A stretch of 64,000 bases of DNA from Acidimicrobiales bacterium. GTDB taxonomy: Bacteria; Actinomycetota; Acidimicrobiia; Acidimicrobiales; RAAP-2. Location of the stretch: contig JBARBL010000104.1 of assembly GCA_049793015.1 (NCBI GenBank), positions 8,246 through 72,245 of the forward strand, read 5' to 3'. The notes beneath the pieces are model-generated. The model was not told where the DNA came from, did no database searches, and saw only the letters and a list, made by a program, of their open reading frames with translations. Position numbers and translations under genes: made by a program. Position 1 is the first letter of the stretch, and every line of letters begins with the position of its first letter. This document shows, piece after piece, positions 19,314 to 27,984 of this stretch.

Positions 19314-21692
19314 ATGCTAGGTCGTCATCCCCGGGCCATCTGGTCGTTGCTGACCTTGAGCGCCGCGCTCACCGCCTTCACACTGCCCGCCACGGCGTCC
19401 GTGGCCAGCGAGGCCCGGGTCGAGGTGGCGAATGCGGCACCACTCCCCAAGACGGACACCGTCGTGGCCACGCCCATCACGACGTCCTTCGACGTGACGC
19501 TGTCGCCGCGAAACGGCGCCGACCTGACGTCCTACATCGCCAGCCTCTCGGATGTGGCGTCGCCGAACTATCACCGCTACCTGACGCCGTCGCAGTTCGC
19601 CACCCGATTCGGGGCCAGTGAGACCACGGTCTCCTCACTGCGCACGTATTTCTCCCGTTACGACCTGCGGGTAGGTGCGCTGAGCAAAGGCCGCATCGTG
19701 TTGCACGTGAGCGGGCTCACCACCAACATCGCGCACGCCTTCAACGCGCCGGTCGAAACGGTTCGCTTGGCCAACGGTCGACTCTCGGCGCAGTTCGAGA
19801 CCAAGGCGACGTTGCCCGTCACGCTCGCGCGCGACGTGGCCGGCGTGGCCGGCCTCTCGTCAGTCGTGCCCTACAGCTCCAGCGCCATCGTCAGCCACAG
19901 CGTCGCGCACGCGTCGTCGGTGACGTCCTGCGCCGGCGCCGCCGATGGTGCCAGCGCGACCAGCACGACGCCGAACCTGCTCGGCGGGTACACCCTGCAG
20001 CAGGAGGCGCAGCTCTACGGACTCTCGAGCGCCTACGCCAGCGGTGACAACGGCACGGGCCAGACGATCGGCATCTACGAATTGGGCACGTACGACCCCA
20101 GCGACGTGGCCATCTACGACGGCTGCTACGGCATCTCGACCGTCCCCACCACGATCGCCGTGGACGGCGGCGCGGTCGGCGGCTACAGCGATGAAGCCAC
20201 CATGGACGTTGAGCAGACCGCCGGACTGGCGCCCGGCGCCGCCCTCGAGGTCTACGCCGGGCCGAACTCGAACTCCGGTCCCACGGACATCTACACCCAG
20301 ATGGCCGACGACGACACGGCGACCGTCATCACGACGTCGTGGGGCGACTGCGAAGTCGACCCGACGAACGACCCCTCGGCGGAAGAGCCGATCTTCGAAC
20401 AGATGGCGGCCCAAGGCCAGACCATGGTCGCTTCGGCCGGCGACGAAGGTTCCTCGGACTGCAACGGCATCACCACCAACGCGCCGGCCGTCGATGACCC
20501 GGCCTCCCAGCCCTACGTGACGGGTGTCGGAGGGCTGACGGTGTCGAACATCACCGGTCCCGTTGAAACGGTGTGGAACGACGGGACCAACAGCGGGGGC
20601 GGCGCCAGCGGCGGCGGCATGTCCCAGATCTGGTCGAGGCCCTCGTGGCAGAACGGCCCGGGGGTCACGACCTCGGACACGATGCGCATGGTGCCCGACC
20701 TGTCGGTGATCGGCGATCCCAACACCGGGTTCGTGGAGTACTTCACGGGTTCCTCGTCCGGCATCTGCCATCACTCCTGTTCAGGGGGTTGGGACACCAT
20801 CGGCGGCACGTCCATCAGCTCTCAGCTGGTCGGCGCGCTGCTCGCGGTATCGGCGCAGTCCTGCGGCGTGAGCCGGCTGGGCTTCGTCAACCCCGCGCTC
20901 TACGCCATGGCCAGCCAGGGCATCGGGTTCACCGACGTGACGACCGGCAACAACGACCTCTTCGGCGAGAACGTCTACAGCGCCGGACCCGGCTACGACA
21001 TGGCCTCGGGTCTGGGCAGTCCCGACGCCAGTTTCATCTCGGGGATCTGCCCGTCCAAGATCGACGTCGCGAAGGGCTCGTTGGTGGCGTCGTCCTCGTC
21101 GCCCACCGTCGGGGCCACGCCAACGACGCTGACCTTGACGCTCGACGACGCGAACGGCAGTCCCCTCGCCGACACCCTGGTCAACGTGAGCGCCACCGCC
21201 GCCAGCGGCGCGATCGTGATTGACGGCGACGCCGCGAGCTCCGTCTCGAGCGGCAACGCGACCTACGCCGTGACGACCAACGCCGCGGGCACCGCCGCCA
21301 TCACCGTCGCCACGAACGTGGCGGGCCCGCTGGTGGTAAAGATCACGTACCAGAACCAAACGATCTACAGCACCACGCTCAACTTCGGTACCGGCACCTC
21401 GAAGTCCGCCGCGACGAGCCCCGGCGCGCCGTCGATCACGCGGCTCACCGCGCTCGTGGGCGGCTTCACGCTCGTCGTGAAGGCACCGTCGAACAACGGC
21501 GGCAGCGCGATCATCGCCTACCAGTACTCGATCAACAACGGCGTCTCGTGGACCTCGTTCTCGCGCGTCACCAAGACAACGTCGACGACCCGGCTGGCCA
21601 GGGGTCATCGCTACAGCGTCAGCGTGCGTGCGCGCAACGCGCACGGCGTCGGAGCAAAATCTCCGCCTTCATTGGTAACGACGCTCACATAA
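19314..21692 (+). CDS. secreted S53 (sedolisin/kumamolisin) peptidase with C-terminal Ig-like and fibronectin-III-like domains
   Basis: Signal peptide, then a pro-kumamolisin-like propeptide (SPNYHRYLTPSQFATRFG). Catalytic region contains DEATMDVE and nucleophile motif GGTSISSQ. Tail has a Big-like segment and an FN3-like segment (PGAPSITRL...YQYSINNG...ARNAHGVG). Confidence 0.85.
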   Translation: MLGRHPRAIWSLLTLSAALTAFTLPATASVASEARVEVANAAPLPKTDTVVATPITTSFDVTLSPRNGADLTSYIASLSDVASPNYHRYLTPSQFATRFGASETTVSSLRTYFSRYDLRVGALSKGRIVLHVSGLTTNIAHAFNAPVETVRLANGRLSAQFETKATLPVTLARDVAGVAGLSSVVPYSSSAIVSHSVAHASSVTSCAGAADGASATSTTPNLLGGYTLQQEAQLYGLSSAYASGDNGTGQTIGIYELGTYDPSDVAIYDGCYGISTVPTTIAVDGGAVGGYSDEATMDVEQTAGLAPGAALEVYAGPNSNSGPTDIYTQMADDDTATVITTSWGDCEVDPTNDPSAEEPIFEQMAAQGQTMVASAGDEGSSDCNGITTNAPAVDDPASQPYVTGVGGLTVSNITGPVETVWNDGTNSGGGASGGGMSQIWSRPSWQNGPGVTTSDTMRMVPDLSVIGDPNTGFVEYFTGSSSGICHHSCSGGWDTIGGTSISSQLVGALLAVSAQSCGVSRLGFVNPALYAMASQGIGFTDVTTGNNDLFGENVYSAGPGYDMASGLGSPDASFISGICPSKIDVAKGSLVASSSSPTVGATPTTLTLTLDDANGSPLADTLVNVSATAASGAIVIDGDAASSVSSGNATYAVTTNAAGTAAITVATNVAGPLVVKITYQNQTIYSTTLNFGTGTSKSAATSPGAPSITRLTALVGGFTLVVKAPSNNGGSAIIAYQYSINNGVSWTSFSRVTKTTSTTRLARGHRYSVSVRARNAHGVGAKSPPSLVTTLT

Positions 21693-21813
21693 AAATCTTG
21701 AAACACCGCGTGGTTCCCCGTCACCCGACCCTTCATCGCACGCGCCCACTCCTAGACTTAACAGAGGTGGGGGTCCGAATAGTTGTGGGTCTAATCCCAA
21801 TTGAAGGACGCGT

Positions 21814-23892
21814 GTGAAGTTCCAACCAATGCGATCTGCGGCGAATGCGCTCGTGGCGGGCACCCTGCTCACGGTGCCGCTGTCGATCACGACTTCCTCG
21901 CCGAACACGGCTGGCCTTCCGCTCTATCAGTTCGTCGATTCCGGTACGGGGCCGTTGCCCTGGAACGCCGTCTCCTTCGAGGCGTCGATCGACAGTGCGT
22001 CCATGCTGGGCGGCCCCCACGCGGCCAGTCAGAACGGGCAGAACGCCCTGGCTTTTCGCTCTTCGAACTCCGACGTCGCCCTCTTCGTGCAGAGCGTCAA
22101 CGGCTCGACCCAGTACAGCGACCTCTCGAGCGAGGTCAGCACCCCTCCGGCCGAGAACGACCCGATTCCCTTCTTCGATCCCACCGGAGCGGTTGACGTG
22201 CTCTACGTATCGAGCGCCGGGCACCTCATCCTGCTGTCCGCCACCTACAGCGTCGCCCCGCGTCAACGCGACGCGGCTCACGTCGTCGCCCCCTCGCCCT
22301 ACACCAGCACCGACCTCACCGCGCTCAGCGGCGTGACCGCCTCCAACGGACTGGCGAGCATCAACGTATCGGGCGAGTCGGGCGTGGTGGTCGTGCGCAA
22401 CACGGCCGACGACATCGAGGCCATCTCCCTGGGTTGGAAATCGAATCGATCGGTGCCCATCGTCGCCGGCACGGCTGTGAACGTCTCGAACCTCACGAAC
22501 GCCGGCACGGCACAAAGCGATCCCGTCGCCCTCAACACCGCGTTCCCGTCCTTCGTCGCGGTGGCGACCAATGGTGCGCTCGACCTCTTCACCAACACGG
22601 GGTCGTCCAACGCCTGGACCGTGCAGAACCTCTCGCTGGCCACCCTGGCGCCAGACCTCACCGGGCCCGTCGCGGTTGAGACCACCGGCTCCAACGTGTA
22701 CATCGCGGCCCTCAATACCAGCGGCGACGCCGAGCTCTTCAGCGCGCTGCTCACGACGGTCGGCGCCAACGTCGAAAGCGCGCGCGCCTCGCCCACGACC
22801 ACCACCACCTATTCCGGCGCGCCGTGGAGCCTGCTCAACGTCACCAACGCCACCGCCAACGCCCCGCCGCTGGCCGGCCAGATCTTCCTCGACGTCACCG
22901 GCACGCAGATCTCGATTGCCGGGCAAGCCGCGAACTGGGGCGACCTTTTCGTGCTCACCAGCACCGTGCCGTCAACGACCTGGTCGGCCACCAACGTCTC
23001 GGTCACCGCCACCAACGCCGCGCGCACGATCGGACCCATCGTCGCCGGCGTCAACGAAGGTTCCGCGCTCGAGCTCTTCGCGGCCGGCGTGAACTCCCCT
23101 CCGCCCGAGGGCGTGGGCGTCTACGCCATACCCTCGAAGGACTGGACCGCGGCCATCACCAGCGGATGGCCGATCCTGAGCGGCACCGGGGGCCTGGGCA
23201 CGCAGGTATCGCCCTGGGTCGGGTACACGTCGGCGTCGACGACCGTGGCGACGTCACCGGACTTCCTGCTCGGCCAGTCCATATACAACTCCCATAAGCG
23301 CGTCACCTGGCTCTCCTTCTGGACGGTGAGCGGCCCGCTGGCCGGCCAGGCGCAGACGACCGCCAACTACTACAGCCACGGCTTCGCCGCGGGCGCCTGG
23401 GTGGCGACGCAGATCGACCAGTACCGAGGTCTGGGCGTGGGACTCAAGCCGGACTGGGTGATCTTCGATCCCGAGGGCTATCCCAACAACAGCTCCAACC
23501 TCGTCGCGCCACCGGGCGCGACACAGGCCACCATGGCCATTTACGCGACGTACTGGTCGGCCATGCTCCAGGGATGGGCCCAAGGGATCGCGTCCGTCGA
23601 CTCGTCCCTCAATGCCGGGCTTTACGCCAACCAGTCGGAGTACCGCAACTACAACCTCGCGGCGCAGCCCCTGCCGGTCTTCGAAGCCGTGGCGTTCAGC
23701 GGCAACGGTCCGACCGTCATCACTGGCGCCAGCGGCAGCAACATCCGCGGGTACATCGCTTTCAGCGCGGTCTGCAGTCCCACCAGCACCCTCGCCACGG
23801 AGACATCGACCTTGGTGAATCCGCCGTGGTCCGGTCAGTTCAACACGCTGCAGTTCAGCTCCGGCACCTACTGTCCTCCCGCTCCCACCTAG
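21814..23892 (+). CDS. large secreted hypothetical protein (repeat-built N-terminal region, C-terminal glycoside-hydrolase-like region)
   Basis: Signal-like N-terminus and high GC3. About seven quasi-repeats of the type xVxVxxxxGxLxLF...W...NLS. C-terminal 220 aa carry WVIFDPEGYP and GLYANQSEY. Alternative ATG at 21829. Confidence 0.7.
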   Translation: MKFQPMRSAANALVAGTLLTVPLSITTSSPNTAGLPLYQFVDSGTGPLPWNAVSFEASIDSASMLGGPHAASQNGQNALAFRSSNSDVALFVQSVNGSTQYSDLSSEVSTPPAENDPIPFFDPTGAVDVLYVSSAGHLILLSATYSVAPRQRDAAHVVAPSPYTSTDLTALSGVTASNGLASINVSGESGVVVVRNTADDIEAISLGWKSNRSVPIVAGTAVNVSNLTNAGTAQSDPVALNTAFPSFVAVATNGALDLFTNTGSSNAWTVQNLSLATLAPDLTGPVAVETTGSNVYIAALNTSGDAELFSALLTTVGANVESARASPTTTTTYSGAPWSLLNVTNATANAPPLAGQIFLDVTGTQISIAGQAANWGDLFVLTSTVPSTTWSATNVSVTATNAARTIGPIVAGVNEGSALELFAAGVNSPPPEGVGVYAIPSKDWTAAITSGWPILSGTGGLGTQVSPWVGYTSASTTVATSPDFLLGQSIYNSHKRVTWLSFWTVSGPLAGQAQTTANYYSHGFAAGAWVATQIDQYRGLGVGLKPDWVIFDPEGYPNNSSNLVAPPGATQATMAIYATYWSAMLQGWAQGIASVDSSLNAGLYANQSEYRNYNLAAQPLPVFEAVAFSGNGPTVITGASGSNIRGYIAFSAVCSPTSTLATETSTLVNPPWSGQFNTLQFSSGTYCPPAPT

Positions 23893-23901
23893 TCTGTTGG
23901 C

Positions 23902-24162
23902 ATGAGCGACCCGAGCGAGACCGAAGGGCCCGACACGACCAGCGAGTCGAACGACACCAAGCCAGCGGACCTGCGCGAGCGTTTCCGCCAGTTCGCGCAG
24001 CCCTTCGTGGATTCCCTGGACGGACGGCTACGGGACCAGGTCGACAAACGGGTGGACCATCGGGTGGACGAGACCCTGTCCGCCCGGCTCTCGGTCATCG
24101 AACGCGCCATTGCCGACCTCGACCGCGCCATCAAGGAACTGGAGCAGAGGCTGGACTCCTAG
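23902..24162 (+). CDS. small acidic coiled-coil hypothetical protein
   Basis: 86 aa with strong GC3 bias and a heptad-like RLRDQVDKRVDHRVDETLSARLSVIERAIADLDRAIKELEQRL. No obvious Shine-Dalgarno sequence. Confidence 0.55.
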   Translation: MSDPSETEGPDTTSESNDTKPADLRERFRQFAQPFVDSLDGRLRDQVDKRVDHRVDETLSARLSVIERAIADLDRAIKELEQRLDS

Positions 24163-24329
24163 GGGTCCCGATCACCGGGGTGCACCGCGGTCGAACGTCC
24201 CGCGCGGTCGCGACGAATGGCCCAGCGCACCGTGAGCACGCTCAAGACCACGACGGCCAGCACGAAGATAGAAAAGACGGCGGCGAACACGATGTCACGC
24301 TAGGTGGTGTCACAGCCTGACGCAATAGT

Positions 24330-25130
24330 GTGCCCATGACCACGTTGCTTCCTCCATCGCCAATGAACGTGGTCGACGCTCTGCGCGGCGACCGCGCGGC
24401 CCGTCCTCTCGCCAACACCACCAGCGCCGCCGGCCTGCGGGCCCAACTCGAAGACGGCATCTTCGCGATCCTGGGCAGGCAGAACCCACCCGCACCACTC
24501 GTGGTGCGCGCATCGTCATTGCGTGACGCGTCCCCCGCTACCGACCTGTCGTCGTCGGCGCTTCCTCGCATCCGCGGCGTGCTCATCGCTCAACTGCTTC
24601 GCCTGCACTGCGTGGGCGAGCGCATCGATCACGCCTTCGACGAAGCCGTCGACGCGTGGCGTGGCGACGTGGGTACCCACGACCTCCTGGCACGTCTCGA
24701 GCAGATAGATGACGACGAGCGAGCACGATTGGCCGCCGACGTGGACGCCCACTTCGTGACCATGACGCGAGCGTTGGGGTCGCTGTCGAGCCATTGGATG
24801 CCGCGCAGCGCCGTGCGAGCCTCCCAGCGCCTCGCCGCGGGCAACGTGGTGCTGCGTGACGTGGTTGACCTGATGATCGGCACCAACGTGGCCGGTCGCT
24901 CGTCCGTAGTGCTCCTGGACGTGACCACCTCGCCGCTCGGCGAGGGCGCCGAGCGCTCGATGCGCTACCACGCGTTGGTGGAGACCCTTCGGACTTCGAT
25001 CGTGCCGTTGCGCACGTCGGCATTCTCCACGGCCACCGGGGACCTCTGGGCGCTGGACGTCGATCACGGGCTGCTCGCGCGCAGCGCGGACGAGGTGCTC
25101 AAAGTCATCCACGATCTCTGGAACGGTTGA
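24330..25130 (+). CDS. hypothetical protein (first of a coupled pair)
   Basis: 266 aa with coding-like GC3. Its stop overlaps the next ATG (ATGA). Confidence 0.65.
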   Translation: MPMTTLLPPSPMNVVDALRGDRAARPLANTTSAAGLRAQLEDGIFAILGRQNPPAPLVVRASSLRDASPATDLSSSALPRIRGVLIAQLLRLHCVGERIDHAFDEAVDAWRGDVGTHDLLARLEQIDDDERARLAADVDAHFVTMTRALGSLSSHWMPRSAVRASQRLAAGNVVLRDVVDLMIGTNVAGRSSVVLLDVTTSPLGEGAERSMRYHALVETLRTSIVPLRTSAFSTATGDLWALDVDHGLLARSADEVLKVIHDLWNG

Positions 25131-25936
25131 TGACCACCCTGGCGCACCGACGCAACACGAGTCAACAACTGAACGAGCTCATCGCGACGTCCTCGTTGGA
25201 GGCGGTGTCGCTCACCGACGATCACCGCCTCTCGCTGGCGTCGCGCTTTCGCGCCGTGGCGGGCACCGAGCACCGGCGGCTCGACGCCTGGGCCGTCGAG
25301 CAGGCGGGGCGGCCCTCGACTCCCTTTCACTGGTCGCCCGCCACGGCACGGCGTGTTCTCGGCAACGCCTCGCTTCGACGCGTCACCCGCGAGCCGACGA
25401 AGTCGATCACCGACGCCGTGCGTGAGGAGCTGGATGATCAGCTCCTGCTCGCCGCGTCCGGTCGAACGCGCGCGGGATCCCTCGCATCCTGGCTGGCCCG
25501 GGTGCGACACCCCGTCCTGGCGGTGGTAAGCGCCGAAGCGGTAAATTGGACCACGCAGGTGCTCGAGGTCGCCCGAGGCCTCGATGACCCGTTTGAGGTG
25601 CCCGCCAGCGACGCCTACTACGACGTGGCCAGCGCTCGCACGACCTTACGCGGTCGACGCGAACTCGTGGTGGCGCACGACGGCACGCGGATCATCGTAC
25701 GGGTGCGATCGGGAGCCCCCGGCAAGAGCGCCGGTCCGGGGCTGCGGGCCGACCTGACCATCGACGCGCTCGCGCACCACGATGGCGTGGCGCCCTCGCG
25801 CATCATCGGGCTCTGGCCCGAAGCGGGAGTGGCGCTCAGCGTTGACGGCACCATGGCCGATCTTCGTGCCGGGGCGAGGGATTTGGTCCGCACCGCGGTC
25901 GTTCAACGGCGTTCCCGCCTGGCCGCGGCAGCGTAA
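25127..25936 (+). CDS. hypothetical protein (second of a coupled pair)
   Basis: 269 aa with coding-like GC3. Shares an ATGA overlap with the upstream gene. Confidence 0.65.
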   Translation: MMTTLAHRRNTSQQLNELIATSSLEAVSLTDDHRLSLASRFRAVAGTEHRRLDAWAVEQAGRPSTPFHWSPATARRVLGNASLRRVTREPTKSITDAVREELDDQLLLAASGRTRAGSLASWLARVRHPVLAVVSAEAVNWTTQVLEVARGLDDPFEVPASDAYYDVASARTTLRGRRELVVAHDGTRIIVRVRSGAPGKSAGPGLRADLTIDALAHHDGVAPSRIIGLWPEAGVALSVDGTMADLRAGARDLVRTAVVQRRSRLAAAA

Positions 25937-25976
25937 GGACGGAAGAAGGACCGTCGGCTAGTAGCGTGGTAAGGCC

Positions 25977-27794
25977 ATGACATTACGAACTTCCCTTAGA
26001 AATATTGCAATAATTGCGCACGTCGACCACGGAAAGACCACTTTGGTGGACGCCATGCTTCGCCAGACCGGGTCCTTCACGGCGCACGAGGAGCTGACCG
26101 ATCGAGTCATGGACTCTGGCGACCTGGAGCGGGAAAAGGGCATAACGATCCTGGCCAAGAACACCGCCGTGAAGTGGCACGACCTCACCATCAACATCAT
26201 CGACACCCCCGGCCACGCGGACTTCGGCGGCGAGGTCGAACGCGGGCTGGCGATGGTGGACGCCGTCGTGCTGCTAGTCGACGCCGCCGAGGGCCCGCTG
26301 CCCCAAACCAGGTTCGTGCTTCGCAAGACGCTCGAGGCGCGTTTGCCCGTGGTGCTCGTCATCAACAAGGTCGACCGCCCCGATGCGCGGATATCCGACG
26401 TGGTGACCGAAGTGGAGAACCTCTTCCTCGACCTCGACGCCGACGTCGAGCAGATCTCCTTCCCCATCCTCTACGCGAGCGCCCGCCAAGGCTGGGCCTC
26501 CATGAGCCCCGACGACACCGACGGCGACCTCACCCCGCTCTTCCAGACGATCGCCGACTTCGTACCGGCGCCCGAGTACGAGGAGGGCCACGGCCTCCAG
26601 GCCCTGGTGTGCAACCTCGACGCGTCGCCGTACCTCGGTCGACTCGCGCTCTGTCGCGTCATCAACGGCACCCTCGAACGGGGCCAGCGCGTGGCCTGGT
26701 GTCGCATCGACGGGACCATCGAGCACGCCAAGATCACCGAACTCTTCATCACCGAGGCGCTCGAACGGATCCCCGCCCAGAGTGCCGGGCCGGGCGACAT
26801 CGTCGCCGTCGCCGGCTTCGAGGACATCTTCATCGGCGAGACCCTGGCCGACCCTGACAACCCAATCGCCCTGGAACCTCTGCACGTCGACGAGCCCAGT
26901 CTCTCGATGACCATCGGCATCAACACCTCGCCACTCGCCGGAACGGAAGGCAAGCTGCTCACGGCGCGCATGGTCAAGGACCGCCTCGACCGCGAACTGG
27001 TGGGCAACGTATCGCTTCGCGTGCTCAACACCGAGCGGCCCGACGCCTGGGAGGTCCAAGGTCGCGGCGAGCTGCAACTGGCCATCCTGATCGAGACCAT
27101 GCGACGCGAAGGTTTCGAGCTGACCGTCGGCAAGCCCCAGGTCGTGACCAAGGTCATCGACGGCAAGGTGCACGAGCCCTTGGAGCACGTCACCATCGAC
27201 GTGCACGAGGAGTTCGTCGGCAACGTCACCACGCTGCTGGCCACGCGCAAGGGCACCATGCTCGACATGGTCAACCACGGCACCGGGTGGGTGCGCCTGG
27301 AGTGGCGCATCCCGGCGCGCGGGCTCGTCGGCATCCGCACCGAGTTCATGACCGAGACGCGCGGCGGGGGCATGATGCATTCGACCTTCGACGGCTACGC
27401 ACCCTGGTTCGGTGACATCCGGCTTCGCCAGAACGGCGTGCTGGTGGCCGATCGCCGTGGCTACACGACGGGCAACGCCCTCATCGACTTAGAACAGCGC
27501 GGCGTCCTGTTCGTCGGTCCCGGGGTCGAGGTGTTCGAAGGCATGATCGTCGGCGAAAACTCCCGCTCCGAGGAGATGAACGTCAATCCCACCAAGGAGA
27601 AGAAGCTCACCAACATGCGAGCCTCCGGCAGCGACAACACCGAACGCATCGCACCGCCGACCATCTTCTCGCTCGAGCAGGCGCTCGAATTCATCTCCGA
27701 CGACGAAGCGGCCGAGGTGACGCCCAAGTCGGTCCGCTTGCGAAAGGTCGTGCTCGAGCAGTCGTCGCGGGCCCGCGGGCGCAAAAAGCTCTAG
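25977..27794 (+). CDS. typA: translational GTPase TypA/BipA
   Basis: G-domain AHVDHGKTTL, DTPGHADF, NKVD, followed by EF-G-like domains. 605 aa. Confidence 0.95.
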   Translation: MTLRTSLRNIAIIAHVDHGKTTLVDAMLRQTGSFTAHEELTDRVMDSGDLEREKGITILAKNTAVKWHDLTINIIDTPGHADFGGEVERGLAMVDAVVLLVDAAEGPLPQTRFVLRKTLEARLPVVLVINKVDRPDARISDVVTEVENLFLDLDADVEQISFPILYASARQGWASMSPDDTDGDLTPLFQTIADFVPAPEYEEGHGLQALVCNLDASPYLGRLALCRVINGTLERGQRVAWCRIDGTIEHAKITELFITEALERIPAQSAGPGDIVAVAGFEDIFIGETLADPDNPIALEPLHVDEPSLSMTIGINTSPLAGTEGKLLTARMVKDRLDRELVGNVSLRVLNTERPDAWEVQGRGELQLAILIETMRREGFELTVGKPQVVTKVIDGKVHEPLEHVTIDVHEEFVGNVTTLLATRKGTMLDMVNHGTGWVRLEWRIPARGLVGIRTEFMTETRGGGMMHSTFDGYAPWFGDIRLRQNGVLVADRRGYTTGNALIDLEQRGVLFVGPGVEVFEGMIVGENSRSEEMNVNPTKEKKLTNMRASGSDNTERIAPPTIFSLEQALEFISDDEAAEVTPKSVRLRKVVLEQSSRARGRKKL

Positions 27795-27818
27795 ATGCCA
27801 GCCGCTAAGGTCTAACCC

Positions 27819-27906
27819 GGAGGGATGACAGAGCGGCCGAATGTACCGGTCTTGAAAACCGGCGTGGGCTTGCCCACCGTGGGTTCAAATCCCACTCCCT
27901 CCGCCA
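27819..27906 (+). tRNA. tRNA-Ser (anticodon UGA)
   Basis: Hand-folded: acceptor GGAGGGA/UCCCUCC, anticodon arm CCGGU-CUUGAAA-ACCGG, long variable arm, T-arm GUGGG-UUCAAAU-CCCAC. CCA is encoded. Confidence 0.9.
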
Positions 27907-27984
27907 CTCGGACACGGCCCGTTGGTTGGTCCACTCGGTGCCGGCGCTGGCTGAGGGACGAGCCGGCCGCCACCGCGGCGGTAC

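Noticed and set aside
21733-22926. 397-aa minus-strand ORF
   Set aside because: It is antisense to the large secreted protein gene, with Arg/Gly/Asp-rich low-complexity translation and no motif.
26274-27380. 368-aa minus-strand ORF
   Set aside because: It is antisense to typA, whose identity is unambiguous.
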